Shown: positions 1 to 9,399, counted from the stretch's first letter. The stretch: DNA of 62,311 nt from a virus (IMGVR_UViG_3300035199_000716:1-62311), one strand, 5' to 3'. The notes: generated by a model from the letters alone, not told the origin. Numbers and translations are program-made.

Positions 1-28
1 GTATACCACTGTCAATAGAGGCTGTCAA
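1..28 (-). promoter_or_regulatory. sigma70-type promoter pointing out of the left window edge
   Basis: Minus strand reads TTGACA (28-23), a 17-nt spacer, then TATAC (5-1; the last base of the -10 lies outside the window). A second TTGACA sits at 15-10. Confidence 0.65.
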
Positions 29-36
29 ATAAAATC

Positions 37-150
37 TTATAGTGGCAAACTAAACATAGAATGCAAAACAATTGGCAAAATGAATACCCCTAAAAGATAG
101 CCAACCTGAAAACACAAGGCCTTGGCGGCAGTATCTAGAATAAAAAACAT
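37..150 (-). CDS. small hydrophobic hypothetical protein (37 aa; 52 aa from TTG at 195)
   Basis: Read by hand: MFFILDTAAKALCFQVGYLLGVFILPIVLHSMFSLPL*. It fills the gap after the 349-aa gene and is below the ORF-track cutoff. Confidence 0.4.
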   Translation of the reverse strand: MFFILDTAAKALCFQVGYLLGVFILPIVLHSMFSLPL

Positions 151-187
151 TTTGCCCTCATACCATAATGTAACATACCAATCATAA

Positions 188-1237
188 CTATGCAAGCTTT
201 TTCTTTCGATTTTTGTATTCTTTCCAGGTAAACTTATCTCTTGGTAGTTCGAGGCTGGCTGCCCTGTCCTGTGTTTTTTGGATTAATTCGGGATCTAGTG
301 GGGTATCTCCCTTGAGCATTTCGAACTCTTCAAGGCTCATTCCTTGTCCATAATAATATTTCTTATATAGTTCTTTTTTAGTTAGACCAGTTTGAGGAAG
401 TATATAATCCTCGGGAATGTCTTCAAAGGGCACATAAACAATGTTTTGGAACCCTATAGATCCATCCTCTTGTGTATAAGTGGCGCTGGGCATGCCCGGC
501 GCGGCGCTTAGAAACCGGTCTACACCTCGATAAGATGGCGGATCTGCGTCGGGATTTGTGGGATCGGTTGGGCCGCTGATTTCAGATGCATCGGTAAAGG
601 GTTCGGTTCTTGGATCAAAATCCTTAAAAAATGTCTTCGCTGTATCGGATGGCCGTGTTCTAACTTTGTAATGGTCTTTCAGATCTTCAAATGATTCTGC
701 TGCATCGAGTATATCTTGATCAATTTCATACGCAGGAGTTCCGCTAGCCTTGTCAATTTGCACCTGTTTCAACACTGACCAATCAGGAGAAAGAATTCCT
801 TGGGCTTTATCGAGAGGATTTGTGGGGAGCGCTCTGAAGCCACCCTCTCCGGGACCAGCATGCCACATCTGCGCTGCGAGGTTTCGACTCTGATCTTCTA
901 GTGTTTTGGTTGCGTTCTGAATGGTGGAACTTTGTTCAAGGTTTTGTGCTTGACGTTCGGCAGACGCTTGTGCTTGGGCGGTTTCAATGTCGGATACCCC
1001 ACTTTGAATCCCTCCGCCTACGAGGCCGGCCAATCCAGCGACCATGGCCCCTTTCTTGATTTTATCAAACATGGCTTGGCGCTTTGCTTTCTTGTAAGTA
1101 GCCACCTCGTCATCATCTTCATCTTGCTCATCTTGCTCGAAAATCTTATCAAGTTCTTCGTTGATGTAAACATCTAGAAGGCGCAGTTGCACCTCTTCTA
1201 AAACAATCAGTCGGAGCTTGGCTTCAGATATCTGCAT
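188..1237 (-). CDS. acidic hypothetical protein, putative head-internal (ejected) virion protein
   Basis: 349 aa; leader MQISEAKLRLIVLEE; acidic run DEQDEDDDE; Gly-rich hydrophobic segment GAMVAGLAGLVGGGI. Confidence 0.6.
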   Translation of the reverse strand: MQISEAKLRLIVLEEVQLRLLDVYINEELDKIFEQDEQDEDDDEVATYKKAKRQAMFDKIKKGAMVAGLAGLVGGGIQSGVSDIETAQAQASAERQAQNLEQSSTIQNATKTLEDQSRNLAAQMWHAGPGEGGFRALPTNPLDKAQGILSPDWSVLKQVQIDKASGTPAYEIDQDILDAAESFEDLKDHYKVRTRPSDTAKTFFKDFDPRTEPFTDASEISGPTDPTNPDADPPSYRGVDRFLSAAPGMPSATYTQEDGSIGFQNIVYVPFEDIPEDYILPQTGLTKKELYKKYYYGQGMSLEEFEMLKGDTPLDPELIQKTQDRAASLELPRDKFTWKEYKNRKKKLA

Positions 1238-1240
1238 GAG

Positions 1241-2083
1241 TTACTCCTTATTGTTCAAGGTTTCATTAAGCTCTTCTTGTATGATATCTTTAAGTTGTTC
1301 TATCTTGCCTTCAGGATAATATGCTGCTCCAGGGGTGGTCTTAGATGACCCACGATGTGGTGTATATTTCTCCCACGATGAGGTGTAGCCCATGCCTTTC
1401 ATGAGCCAGCTATCTTTATTGTGTATTAGATCGAACAAGTGGTTCCTAAGCGGCTTGGGTATATACTTGGAGCCCGGGCCGCGAACTATGTCAGGTATAC
1501 CATTAAGATATAAATAAGAGTACAAGCGGTAGGCGTCACGTGCGGCCGCCTTATATTCATCGCGAGGATCTGCATGGAGTTTTCTGGACCATGGCCCAGC
1601 GTAACTTCCTTCTACTTCGCCGGGTTCTAACGGCTCCCACGTGTCGAAGACTTCCACCGCCTGTTGCAGTGCGCGGATGCGGTCAGTCAGGTAACTTAGA
1701 GCTTCTGCGAGGGGCTCGGCCGCGGCTGCAGCATCTTCATTATCCTTTGCTATTGAGTCGGCAACATCTTCGATTATCTTTGATAAGTCGAGAACTCTTT
1801 TTATTTGGACTGGATCTATTCCGTGTGGGCTGAGGCGCATGCCTTCAAAATTGATTGTGTGGCCGGCCGATTCGGCTCTTTTGTGCGCGCGCTTGACTGC
1901 ATTAAAGACATCGACCATTCCTTTAAAAATATTAGCAAGGGCACGAAGTTCATCTCTTACTCCTCTTTTAACCACTTTTGTCGCGGCTTCATCTTCACTC
2001 GCACCAAGGCCACCTAAACGTGCCTCAAGATCTCCAATCTCTTCTTTGATGATCTCTTTAAGTCGTGCTTGTGTGATTTTCAC
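1241..2083 (-). CDS. hypothetical protein, putative head-internal virion protein
   Basis: 280 aa; N-terminal MKITQARLKEIIKEE, with a second copy of the motif (QLKDIIQEE) at the C-terminus. Confidence 0.6.
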   Translation of the reverse strand: MKITQARLKEIIKEEIGDLEARLGGLGASEDEAATKVVKRGVRDELRALANIFKGMVDVFNAVKRAHKRAESAGHTINFEGMRLSPHGIDPVQIKRVLDLSKIIEDVADSIAKDNEDAAAAAEPLAEALSYLTDRIRALQQAVEVFDTWEPLEPGEVEGSYAGPWSRKLHADPRDEYKAAARDAYRLYSYLYLNGIPDIVRGPGSKYIPKPLRNHLFDLIHNKDSWLMKGMGYTSSWEKYTPHRGSSKTTPGAAYYPEGKIEQLKDIIQEELNETLNNKE

Positions 2084-2086
2084 GAT

Positions 2087-2644
2087 TTAGTCTTCTCCGT
2101 GCATCTTTCGATATTCTGCGGATGTGAAGTCCGAAACTTCACGGCCGTGGCCCTTTGCCTTCTGTGACGCGGCGTGGCGGCGTCTCATGAATTCTTGCGT
2201 GGCGATGAGCGCAAGACCCATCAAGGCTGCTCCGCCGGCAATTCCTAGAGCAGCAACGGCGCCAGTGACGACCATTTTTCCAGCAAGCGCGGTGAGTAGG
2301 CCTGGGCCAACTACGGCGCCGGCACCTACAGCGGCCACACCAGCACTAGCTGCTTCGCCTGCGCCTGCTAGCTGTGCTCTTTTCTGATATGCCGCTCCCA
2401 CTGGATCATCCGCATATGGGTCTTCTTCTTCTTGTAGTGCTCCTGCTGTAGCTTGTTCTAAGGCTTTTTGAACTTCTGGATCCTGCATTGCTTGCTCAAC
2501 TGCTGCCATGATTGCTGGGCTCTTCTGAAATGTTGCTGCAAGCTCTTCTGCTTCTGCCATGTCGGCGCCACCACCTAAGTTCTCTTGCATCGATTCTTCT
2601 ATGAAGGAGCGCCAGTTCTCTAATATCAATTTTTGTGTTTTCAT
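2087..2644 (-). CDS. hypothetical protein with Gly/Ala-zipper hydrophobic hairpin, putative ejected membrane protein
   Basis: 185 aa; leader MKTQKLILENWRSFIEE; ~55-aa Ala/Gly/Val hydrophobic stretch followed by MRRRH; AAGGA SD. Confidence 0.6.
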   Translation of the reverse strand: MKTQKLILENWRSFIEESMQENLGGGADMAEAEELAATFQKSPAIMAAVEQAMQDPEVQKALEQATAGALQEEEDPYADDPVGAAYQKRAQLAGAGEAASAGVAAVGAGAVVGPGLLTALAGKMVVTGAVAALGIAGGAALMGLALIATQEFMRRRHAASQKAKGHGREVSDFTSAEYRKMHGED

Positions 2645-2662
2645 TGTGTTGTTCCTTTTTAT

Positions 2663-3379
2663 TTAGTGGCCAAGAGCACGTTCAATCATGCCTTTGATTT
2701 CGTTCCCGCGCGCGGGGCCGCCATATTGGCATGCTCTGAAGATCCCCATTTTAATGCTGTTTTGATCTTCCGGGTTCATCGCTTTAGCTGCTTCATATGC
2801 TGCCGTAGCATCGTCAACAAGTTTCGAATAATATCTTAAAATTTGTTTAACGTCTGAACGTCCAGCTTTTACGGCTGTCTGAAGCTGGTGTACCATTGTC
2901 TGGGCTTCTTTGATTGAGTTAGCGGCATCATTGACCTCTCCCATGATCTTCTCATATCTATCAATAACCTTCTGGATGCCCCAGATATCTCTGCATCCTT
3001 CTCCACCATAATCACCAAGCTCGGCGCTGATCTGCGGTTTGCCACCATCGAGGCTGTTCCATATCTTCTCCAGCAACGCCTTAACTGCGTCCTGACCCTC
3101 TTGCTCTTTCAAATCCCGGGATCCCGGCTGAGCTGGAATATAACCCAGATCTCTTAGCTGGTTTGCATATCCAGTATTTTTCATAACCAAGCACTTGACC
3201 ATCCCGTACTCGGACTGCCGGCAGTCATTGATGTCGCCAGGATCGATGCCGGCATCCATCAGTGCGTCCATTTTCTCTCGGGACGCGTCTTCCACAAGGT
3301 CTTGCTCTTTGATAACCTCCATCTTCTCATCCATGAAGTATCGTGGATCAATAAATCTCGTATTCTTTCTTCTAGCCAT
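2663..3379 (-). CDS. hypothetical protein, putative head-internal virion protein
   Basis: 238 aa; AAGGAG SD; N-terminal MARRKNTRFIDPRYFMDE; internal IKEQ/LVE/LKEQ motifs. Confidence 0.55.
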   Translation of the reverse strand: MARRKNTRFIDPRYFMDEKMEVIKEQDLVEDASREKMDALMDAGIDPGDINDCRQSEYGMVKCLVMKNTGYANQLRDLGYIPAQPGSRDLKEQEGQDAVKALLEKIWNSLDGGKPQISAELGDYGGEGCRDIWGIQKVIDRYEKIMGEVNDAANSIKEAQTMVHQLQTAVKAGRSDVKQILRYYSKLVDDATAAYEAAKAMNPEDQNSIKMGIFRACQYGGPARGNEIKGMIERALGH

Positions 3380-3389
3380 ATCAAGCTCC

Positions 3390-4331
3390 TTATACTGCTG
3401 ATAGCAAATTCAACAGTAAATAGTTGTCTCTATCGATAAAGGATGCGTTATTCTTTCTTTCCTGGAATACTTCCTTCGGCATCGAGCCTACGTCTTCGTA
3501 GCCTGATACATCTATCTTGTACATTTCGATATCATATCGAAGAAGCGTTTGAATAATTTTGTTTTCTTTTTGTCTCGCATCTGGATCGAGAGCAACGTAG
3601 ATGGGTGTGTCGTTGAGGACAATTTTACGGACAAGATCTGAGTTTGATCTAAGTGTTGAACCCAAAATGGGAACAGCATTTCCTGCGACCAATGCATCGA
3701 ACACCCCTTCTACCAGAACCAAGTCACTGTTCCAATTAATAAATAGTTCATTAAACACTATATCCTTGGACGCTCTTGGGTTCTTATACTTGTATGAGTC
3801 TCCCGTATAGGAGCGCGCTATGAAGTAGCTCACATCACCATCCTCGTCGAATGACGGCACAATAATTCTATTGCGGTATTCGCCACTAAAGCAATATCCA
3901 ATCTTCCATTTAAGGATATCTGCTTTTGTTATAGCACGCTTCTGTAGATACTTAAGGGCGTAGATGCCTGTAGCTGGAATATTACTGGAGCAAAGACTTA
4001 CGAATTCCTCTGGGAGTTCCATTTTTGTCTTGTCTTCTCGACCGACTGGTTCCATAAAGAGGTCAGCGAATCTTTCAAGATCCGTCCTGTCCGTAATTCC
4101 GTCCCATTTCTGTAGTTGGATATACGAACCAAAACGTCTAATAAGACGCCTAATACTACGACCCCGATAATCACAAACCCAACAATGAAAAGCATTTTTA
4201 TCCAAATTAACAGCGAGCTTATGCTTATGATGATTGCACGCTGGACATTTGAAATAATGCTCGACTTTGCTGGTTTGGCGGTGGTCTCCAATAACTTCAT
4301 ATAATATTTTTATTGCTTCTTTCTTATTCAT
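3390..4331 (-). CDS. DNA primase (DnaG/T4 gp61-like; zinc ribbon + TOPRIM)
   Basis: Zn-binding CPACNH...HCWVC; RIIVPSFD...YFIARS; KYKNP; TOPRIM motifs LVEGVFDA and ALDPDA. Confidence 0.92.
   Translation of the reverse strand: MNKKEAIKILYEVIGDHRQTSKVEHYFKCPACNHHKHKLAVNLDKNAFHCWVCDYRGRSIRRLIRRFGSYIQLQKWDGITDRTDLERFADLFMEPVGREDKTKMELPEEFVSLCSSNIPATGIYALKYLQKRAITKADILKWKIGYCFSGEYRNRIIVPSFDEDGDVSYFIARSYTGDSYKYKNPRASKDIVFNELFINWNSDLVLVEGVFDALVAGNAVPILGSTLRSNSDLVRKIVLNDTPIYVALDPDARQKENKIIQTLLRYDIEMYKIDVSGYEDVGSMPKEVFQERKNNASFIDRDNYLLLNLLSAV
3416..3424 (-). promoter_or_regulatory. candidate late promoter motif ACTATTTAC upstream of the putative internal-protein cluster
   Basis: Same motif as upstream of the genes starting at 9382, 34026 and 42140; lies ~37 nt upstream of ATG 3379, within the primase 3' end. 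Confidence 0.4.
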
Positions 4332-4345
4332 CTGCTCTCAAAAAT

Positions 4346-4374
4346 ACTATATCATCGTATAGCCATGAAGTCAA
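4346..4374 (-). promoter_or_regulatory. sigma70-type promoter for primase
   Basis: TTGACT (4374-4369) - 17 nt - TATAGT (4351-4346) in the intergenic gap. Confidence 0.75.
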
Positions 4375-4393
4375 TAAGAAATTTAAACTATAT

Positions 4394-4963
4394 CTACGAG
4401 GCTGCTTGAAGCGCAGCAACAAGCTGAGCCTTTGTTGTACGTGTATTAACCTTCAGTCCTTGTCCCTTAGCCACTTCAAACAGTTCTGCCTTCTTCATTG
4501 AAGCGCTCCAATTCGCTAAAGGCGCATCTGTTTGTGATGTCTCAATCGAGACTACCTCAATTTCAAAATTAAGATTTTGGCCGGCTAGGGGATGGTTCAT
4601 GTCAAGTACTACTTCAGCGTCCCGCACCTCTTCAATCTTGGCCATAAACGGTCCAGCAGGGCCGTTGCCTTGAATGGTACCCCCGAGTATAAATTCAAAT
4701 TCTGGACCAAAGGCTCTCTTGGGTACAGTTTGTTTTGCTTGAGGATTGTGGGGGCCGTAGGCTTGCTCTGGTGTAAGTGTAACCGACTTTGTTTCTCCCG
4801 CTTTCATTCCAACGACTGCCTCGTTAAACCCGCTAATTAGCTGTCTAGTTCCAACTTCAAAACTTAAAGTTTTGCCGCGAAGGCGTGAGTTATCAAACTC
4901 TGTTCCATCATTTAGTGTACCCCTATAGTGCACATGGATGTTATGTCCATTTTTTACTTTCAT
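4394..4963 (-). CDS. FKBP-type peptidyl-prolyl cis-trans isomerase (SlyD/SlpA type) with C-terminal HeH/Rho-N-like domain
   Basis: VHYRGTLNDGTEFDNS, LISGFNEAVVGM, PEQAYG, LDMNHPLAGQNLNFEIEV; C-terminal WSASMKKAELFEVAK...TTKAQLVAAL; AAGGAG SD. Confidence 0.92.
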   Translation of the reverse strand: MKVKNGHNIHVHYRGTLNDGTEFDNSRLRGKTLSFEVGTRQLISGFNEAVVGMKAGETKSVTLTPEQAYGPHNPQAKQTVPKRAFGPEFEFILGGTIQGNGPAGPFMAKIEEVRDAEVVLDMNHPLAGQNLNFEIEVVSIETSQTDAPLANWSASMKKAELFEVAKGQGLKVNTRTTKAQLVAALQAAS

Positions 4964-4999
4964 TATATCTCCTTTTATTTAATGAAAAATATCTTTATT

Positions 5000-5028
5000 A
5001 TTATAATCGTATTTTGAATATATGTCAA
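5000..5028 (-). promoter_or_regulatory. perfect-consensus sigma70 promoter for the PPIase gene
   Basis: TTGACA (5028-5023) - 17 nt - TATAAT (5005-5000). Confidence 0.85.
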
Positions 5029-5294
5029 GGCTCTTCTTCCGATTTTTCTTTTGCTCTCTGAACTAGCTTCAATACAGAGGCTGGTAGTGTTTCAACATAC
5101 CCCGTTTGAAACCACTTAACGCCGACAAGATCTTCATACTGCCCCAAAAAAGAATGCAATTCATAATGGTCTTGTTCAAAATATACCACAATCCCCACCC
5201 AAGGTTTTCTATCTGGCGGTATTATATACACAACCTCTGTGACGAGATCGCCAATTTCAAAGGGATGATCGTCATCATTTTCGAAGTCGCCCAT
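5025..5294 (-). CDS. small hypothetical protein (SH3/KOW-like 'IGDLV' family)
   Basis: 89 aa; FEIGDLV...VGIVV...VGVKW...LKLV pattern. Confidence 0.6.
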   Translation of the reverse strand: MGDFENDDDHPFEIGDLVTEVVYIIPPDRKPWVGIVVYFEQDHYELHSFLGQYEDLVGVKWFQTGYVETLPASVLKLVQRAKEKSEEEP

Positions 5295-5306
5295 ATTCTA
5301 TATAGG

Positions 5307-5873
5307 TTATTTCGTCTCCTGTTTTTCTTGTTCAGCAACATAACCTGCTTTAGCGATTACAATTGCGTCTGCTTTATCGTAGGAACCTGCAACCGGATTA
5401 CCATACTTTGTATAGTCGATCTTAAAGGCTGGTTCATGCTTAAGAAGGTGCTTTAAGACCACTTCCTTGGCCTTCTCGCCTCTTGGAACGCGGATGCCGG
5501 CCATCTTCCTGGCAGACGTCGCGGAAACGTACTCTGGCTCAATGTCGAACATTTCATAAACAAGCCACGATACGATGCCATTAAATGTCATGAGCGTTGA
5601 TAGTGTCTTTGCTGACGACTTTCCGCGCATAAACATGTGCAAAGGCTGCTCAATATAAATGTGTTCGATGGGAAACTCTGCTGGGCCAATGAAGTTTTCA
5701 TTGTCGCATTGATAGTTCTCGAATAAATCTTCAAGATATTCACGTAGCGCTTCTGCTTTCGCAAACGGGCCCTTGCGTTTACGCAAGTCAACCGAACTAT
5801 AATACAACAGTTGCCCATCACCAACAATTGCAAAGCCGGTTATACTAGTCGATATGTCTATACCAAGAACCAT
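5307..5873 (-). CDS. ruvC: RuvC-like Holliday junction resolvase
   Basis: VLGIDISTSITGFAIV (catalytic D), IYIEQP (E), DKADAIVIA (D..D). ATG 5873 is preferred over TTG 5879 on AGGA SD spacing. Confidence 0.85.
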   Translation of the reverse strand: MVLGIDISTSITGFAIVGDGQLLYYSSVDLRKRKGPFAKAEALREYLEDLFENYQCDNENFIGPAEFPIEHIYIEQPLHMFMRGKSSAKTLSTLMTFNGIVSWLVYEMFDIEPEYVSATSARKMAGIRVPRGEKAKEVVLKHLLKHEPAFKIDYTKYGNPVAGSYDKADAIVIAKAGYVAEQEKQETK

Positions 5874-5885
5874 TAGCAAATCCTA

Positions 5886-7199
5886 TCATATATCTAACTT
5901 AATTTTAAATGTATATTCTTCTTCTTCTTGCTTTAATATGGGGTCTGCCAGAGTGGCCACTCCAATTAGATTTTTGCTATCGTCATAGATTGCAACTCTG
6001 GATATAAAAACCTGGCGCTTAAAGGGAGCATTATATCCAGGATAGCTCGAACTCACTGTATTCTTGATTCGTCGCTGTGTATTTTCTTCGTAGGTATATG
6101 AGTTTGTTAACTGTAAATAGCTCGATCCGGACTGCACAAACGTCGGATTGTTGGAGTAATTTGCCTCTCCTCGGCGGGCCTTAGCAAACATCGTATAAAC
6201 TTGAGTGTCGTTCTGTCCTTCAAAGTTTATCTCAAATGATGCAGATAGATAAGAAGCTGCGGCCGGGGCGGCATCGGTACCTTCTTGGGCGCCGGCTGCG
6301 AAATGGACCCATGCTGGATTCGTGGCGGTGGCTCCGGGGATTAGTTTCATGGTGTCACTACACAGACTCCAAGAACCGGTTAATAATATAAACCCTTCAT
6401 TATACATAACAACGCCGGCTACCATAGGGTCTGGTGGTCGGTCCAGACCGGTACCGTTGGGTATGTCACGACTAACCATTGCTTCCCTTGTGCCGCCTAC
6501 TTGTATTAGCTCACCGTTTCGTTTTGTGTCCCTAAGTTCTCCTGCCAGTGTTCCTGTTACGTACCACTTAAGCGACACGCTTCCCTCTCTTATTCTAGAC
6601 CCATAAAAGATTGATGGAATAGATATTAAGTTTAGGGGTTCAATACTTTTGTCCCACCCGTCTTCATAGCTTGACATTACTTTGAAATGCTCGCTTAAAT
6701 ATGCATAATGATTTAATCTATTTTTTAAAGCATAATAATGTTTATTGTATGAGCCAGGATCTCCGGCGCCGGGATTGCGGTTAACAGTCGGGGCGGTGGA
6801 ATGGTTGGCGGCCATATATTCTCGCGATATCGCAGCTGTCAGCGGATAGATACCAGCTATAACATCACCACTGTTAAAGGCGTTAGCATAATCTTCGTCG
6901 CTAGAAATTCCGCCGCTTTGGATGGTACGGATATATTCGCCGGCGGAGCTTTTTACAATGAATGGATATATGGGATCGGAGTTATACCCATCGCCACGAT
7001 CACTAGCGCGATCAACATTATATTCATAAAGACTTAGCGCGCCGCCGGTCACCGAGAGGAGGTTGTCCGATACTGTGCCGGATCTATTTGGCAAACTGTT
7101 GTAGTAGATGGACCCACTATATATAAAGAACTTCACAGGCGGATATGTCCGCATGGTGTTTAATATGATATCATCTGGCCCGAATTTTCTAAGGGACAT
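5886..7199 (-). CDS. baseplate/tail structural protein; C-terminus resembles second half of tail-collar (DUF3751/P2 gpH N-terminal) domain
   Basis: 437 aa; C-terminal ISRVAIYDDSKNLIGVATLADPILK...FKIKLDI; paralogous to 7201..8340 (shared NYSxNPT and C-terminus). Confidence 0.65.
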   Translation of the reverse strand: MSLRKFGPDDIILNTMRTYPPVKFFIYSGSIYYNSLPNRSGTVSDNLLSVTGGALSLYEYNVDRASDRGDGYNSDPIYPFIVKSSAGEYIRTIQSGGISSDEDYANAFNSGDVIAGIYPLTAAISREYMAANHSTAPTVNRNPGAGDPGSYNKHYYALKNRLNHYAYLSEHFKVMSSYEDGWDKSIEPLNLISIPSIFYGSRIREGSVSLKWYVTGTLAGELRDTKRNGELIQVGGTREAMVSRDIPNGTGLDRPPDPMVAGVVMYNEGFILLTGSWSLCSDTMKLIPGATATNPAWVHFAAGAQEGTDAAPAAASYLSASFEINFEGQNDTQVYTMFAKARRGEANYSNNPTFVQSGSSYLQLTNSYTYEENTQRRIKNTVSSSYPGYNAPFKRQVFISRVAIYDDSKNLIGVATLADPILKQEEEEYTFKIKLDI

Positions 7200-7200
7200 C

Positions 7201-8340
7201 TTAGTAGTCCAATCTGACTCTCAACGTAATCTCGTTTGACGGATCCTTTTTCAACGGCTCGGATAGTTTAGCAGTTGCAAGAAGCTCGTTGTTTGAGCTA
7301 TATAAGCCAATAGTCGTAACATATGTAACCGGAGTATCGGTAGCCTGGCTCTTGGTGACTATCTTGCTGCCACTTGTATACGTCGGGTTTGAGCTATAGT
7401 TGAACTTGTTAACGGGCATCCTGCAGAAATAAATCGTAGAGTTAATTTCAGTTGAGTTGTTATAGGAAACATTATATAGTCTATGTCTAATGGCATTACA
7501 TGTGCCGGATATTGCGGAAAGCTTCCATGCTTCGTCTGGATTGCGGGCGGGGCCCGTTCCGGCAGTTGAGCCGGTCTGAGTGCAGGTTCCAGAGGCAAAC
7601 GTGGCTAGTCCGAAGACATCCGGGCCTGTGCCGGCCTGATTAAAGACCGATGCTGACAAAACAATTACACCTGCTTGATAGAATACTACACCATGGGATG
7701 CGTTGTTGGATGAAGATATACTACCGGTAGTATCGTATAGCACACCGTATTCACCACCCACTGCAGTGCCAACGCCGGTCCCATCGACCGAGGCTGATAA
7801 GTCTTGCAACTTTATTCTCTCTAAGAACGGTAAGCCTGCGCCGGCAAAGGCACCGGTTCCAAGCTCTATTGTAAACGTGCCCTTTTTAATTTGATCTTTG
7901 CTCAGTAGCCTTGAGAAAGGAATAAAGAGACACTCTTTCATTTGCCTGTTGTCGTCCGTGATGTCTAGATCGCTTTCGAATATTTCTACATTGCTGCTGG
8001 TCTGGTTATATCCCAACAATACCTGCGAAAACTGATTATATATTGCAATTTTCTTAGCATTTTGTGTATTCGCTGACGATGATAGGGCAGAACTCTCATC
8101 AAAACCAAGCGTAATATCGAAAATATGGTTTGCTGACGAGCTTAAATACGGATAGTCATAAACACTTTGGAACATACCGTGCGTGTAGTCTTTGATGTTC
8201 CCTTCGCTTCCTAACGCAACAGCATCGCCACCATAGGTGCCGCTGACAATTGTGCCGGTAAGTGGGATAACCTCATGTAACAATGTTCTAGTCGTTGTTA
8301 CATCTGTATTAGGGTTAAGTGGTTCATACGATATAGCCAT
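7201..8340 (-). CDS. baseplate/tail structural protein, paralog of 5886..7199
   Basis: 379 aa; YFCR...FNYSSNPTY; VTTIGLYSSNNELLATAKLSEPLKKD...LRVRLDY; GGAG SD. Confidence 0.65.
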   Translation of the reverse strand: MAISYEPLNPNTDVTTTRTLLHEVIPLTGTIVSGTYGGDAVALGSEGNIKDYTHGMFQSVYDYPYLSSSANHIFDITLGFDESSALSSSANTQNAKKIAIYNQFSQVLLGYNQTSSNVEIFESDLDITDDNRQMKECLFIPFSRLLSKDQIKKGTFTIELGTGAFAGAGLPFLERIKLQDLSASVDGTGVGTAVGGEYGVLYDTTGSISSSNNASHGVVFYQAGVIVLSASVFNQAGTGPDVFGLATFASGTCTQTGSTAGTGPARNPDEAWKLSAISGTCNAIRHRLYNVSYNNSTEINSTIYFCRMPVNKFNYSSNPTYTSGSKIVTKSQATDTPVTYVTTIGLYSSNNELLATAKLSEPLKKDPSNEITLRVRLDY

Positions 8341-8359
8341 TAAAATCTCCGTTGTTGTT

Positions 8360-9382
8360 TTATGTTGTCTGGGCGGCCCGAATTATTCTTATCGGCAACT
8401 GTAAGACAATATTTGTGTTTGTGCCTCGCACGTACACAATTGTGTCAATATAGTCATATGTCGCCGATGAGGCACCTTGGGACTGTGCCGTCTTTCCGTA
8501 CTTTTGATAATCACTAAGCGTCAGCGATGGGTTAACTCCGAAGCTCAGCGCTGTCCAGGCGCCGCGTGGGCCCTTAATGGAAGAATAATTAGAGGTGTTG
8601 TCGTTACCACTTGGTGGATAAAGACGACTTGTAATGCCAGCAACCATCATACTATTATAGTTTGTAAGCTCTCTTGAAGTTGTTGAAGTTGTAGTTGATA
8701 CCATGGTAGACATACTTATTACCCCCTCATTGTTCGCGTCCATGCTAAAACTGGCGCCTGCCGATGGGCCCCACACAGCATTAATGAATCTCTTATCGCA
8801 CTCTATAGAAAAACGATTGTCATTTAGACCAACTGATAGTAGATACGAGTTCTGGTTCTGAGAATTTGATGATATCTCCGTTGTGTCCAAACCAGTCTCG
8901 ACAAGAATATATTTCGGGGAGCCGCCATAGTTGGATATCAAAATGCTATCCAGGCCATTAGTAATATCTGCCTTCAATAAGGTAGAGGTATTATCGTTGC
9001 CGCTAAACTTAGTGTTATCCGCCAAATAATGAACATTGTAGGTTGGGTCGAGCTTGATAGCACCCTGACTAACTAATGTTGACGAGGTGTTTTGCGCAAT
9101 CGTCGGAAGATAGAGCAAGTCGTTTCTTGCATATGAGACAAGGCCATAATTAATTGCAGCATTCTTTTGGGAGAATGCTTCTAAAATTGGTGTCTGCAAT
9201 ATCTGCAGATCATAATAAGCGGGACCACTTGTATTTGTTTTGTCGTAAAGCCCGTAGTCAATCTCATCATCTCCTAGTGCAAACTTTACTATTCTAAAAT
9301 TACCTGCGGCCATTCTTTTACGACCGACATCCGTAAGCACGGCGTCTAAAATAATATCGCCGGAGTTATCTAAAAAAGCCAT
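8360..9382 (-). CDS. baseplate/tail structural protein; N-terminus resembles first half of tail-collar domain
   Basis: 340 aa; MAFLDNSGDIILDAVLTDVGRKRMAAGNFRIVKFALGDDEIDY; GAGG SD. Confidence 0.65.
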   Translation of the reverse strand: MAFLDNSGDIILDAVLTDVGRKRMAAGNFRIVKFALGDDEIDYGLYDKTNTSGPAYYDLQILQTPILEAFSQKNAAINYGLVSYARNDLLYLPTIAQNTSSTLVSQGAIKLDPTYNVHYLADNTKFSGNDNTSTLLKADITNGLDSILISNYGGSPKYILVETGLDTTEISSNSQNQNSYLLSVGLNDNRFSIECDKRFINAVWGPSAGASFSMDANNEGVISMSTMVSTTTSTTSRELTNYNSMMVAGITSRLYPPSGNDNTSNYSSIKGPRGAWTALSFGVNPSLTLSDYQKYGKTAQSQGASSATYDYIDTIVYVRGTNTNIVLQLPIRIIRAAQTT

Positions 9383-9399
9383 TTAATTTCCTCTCTTTC

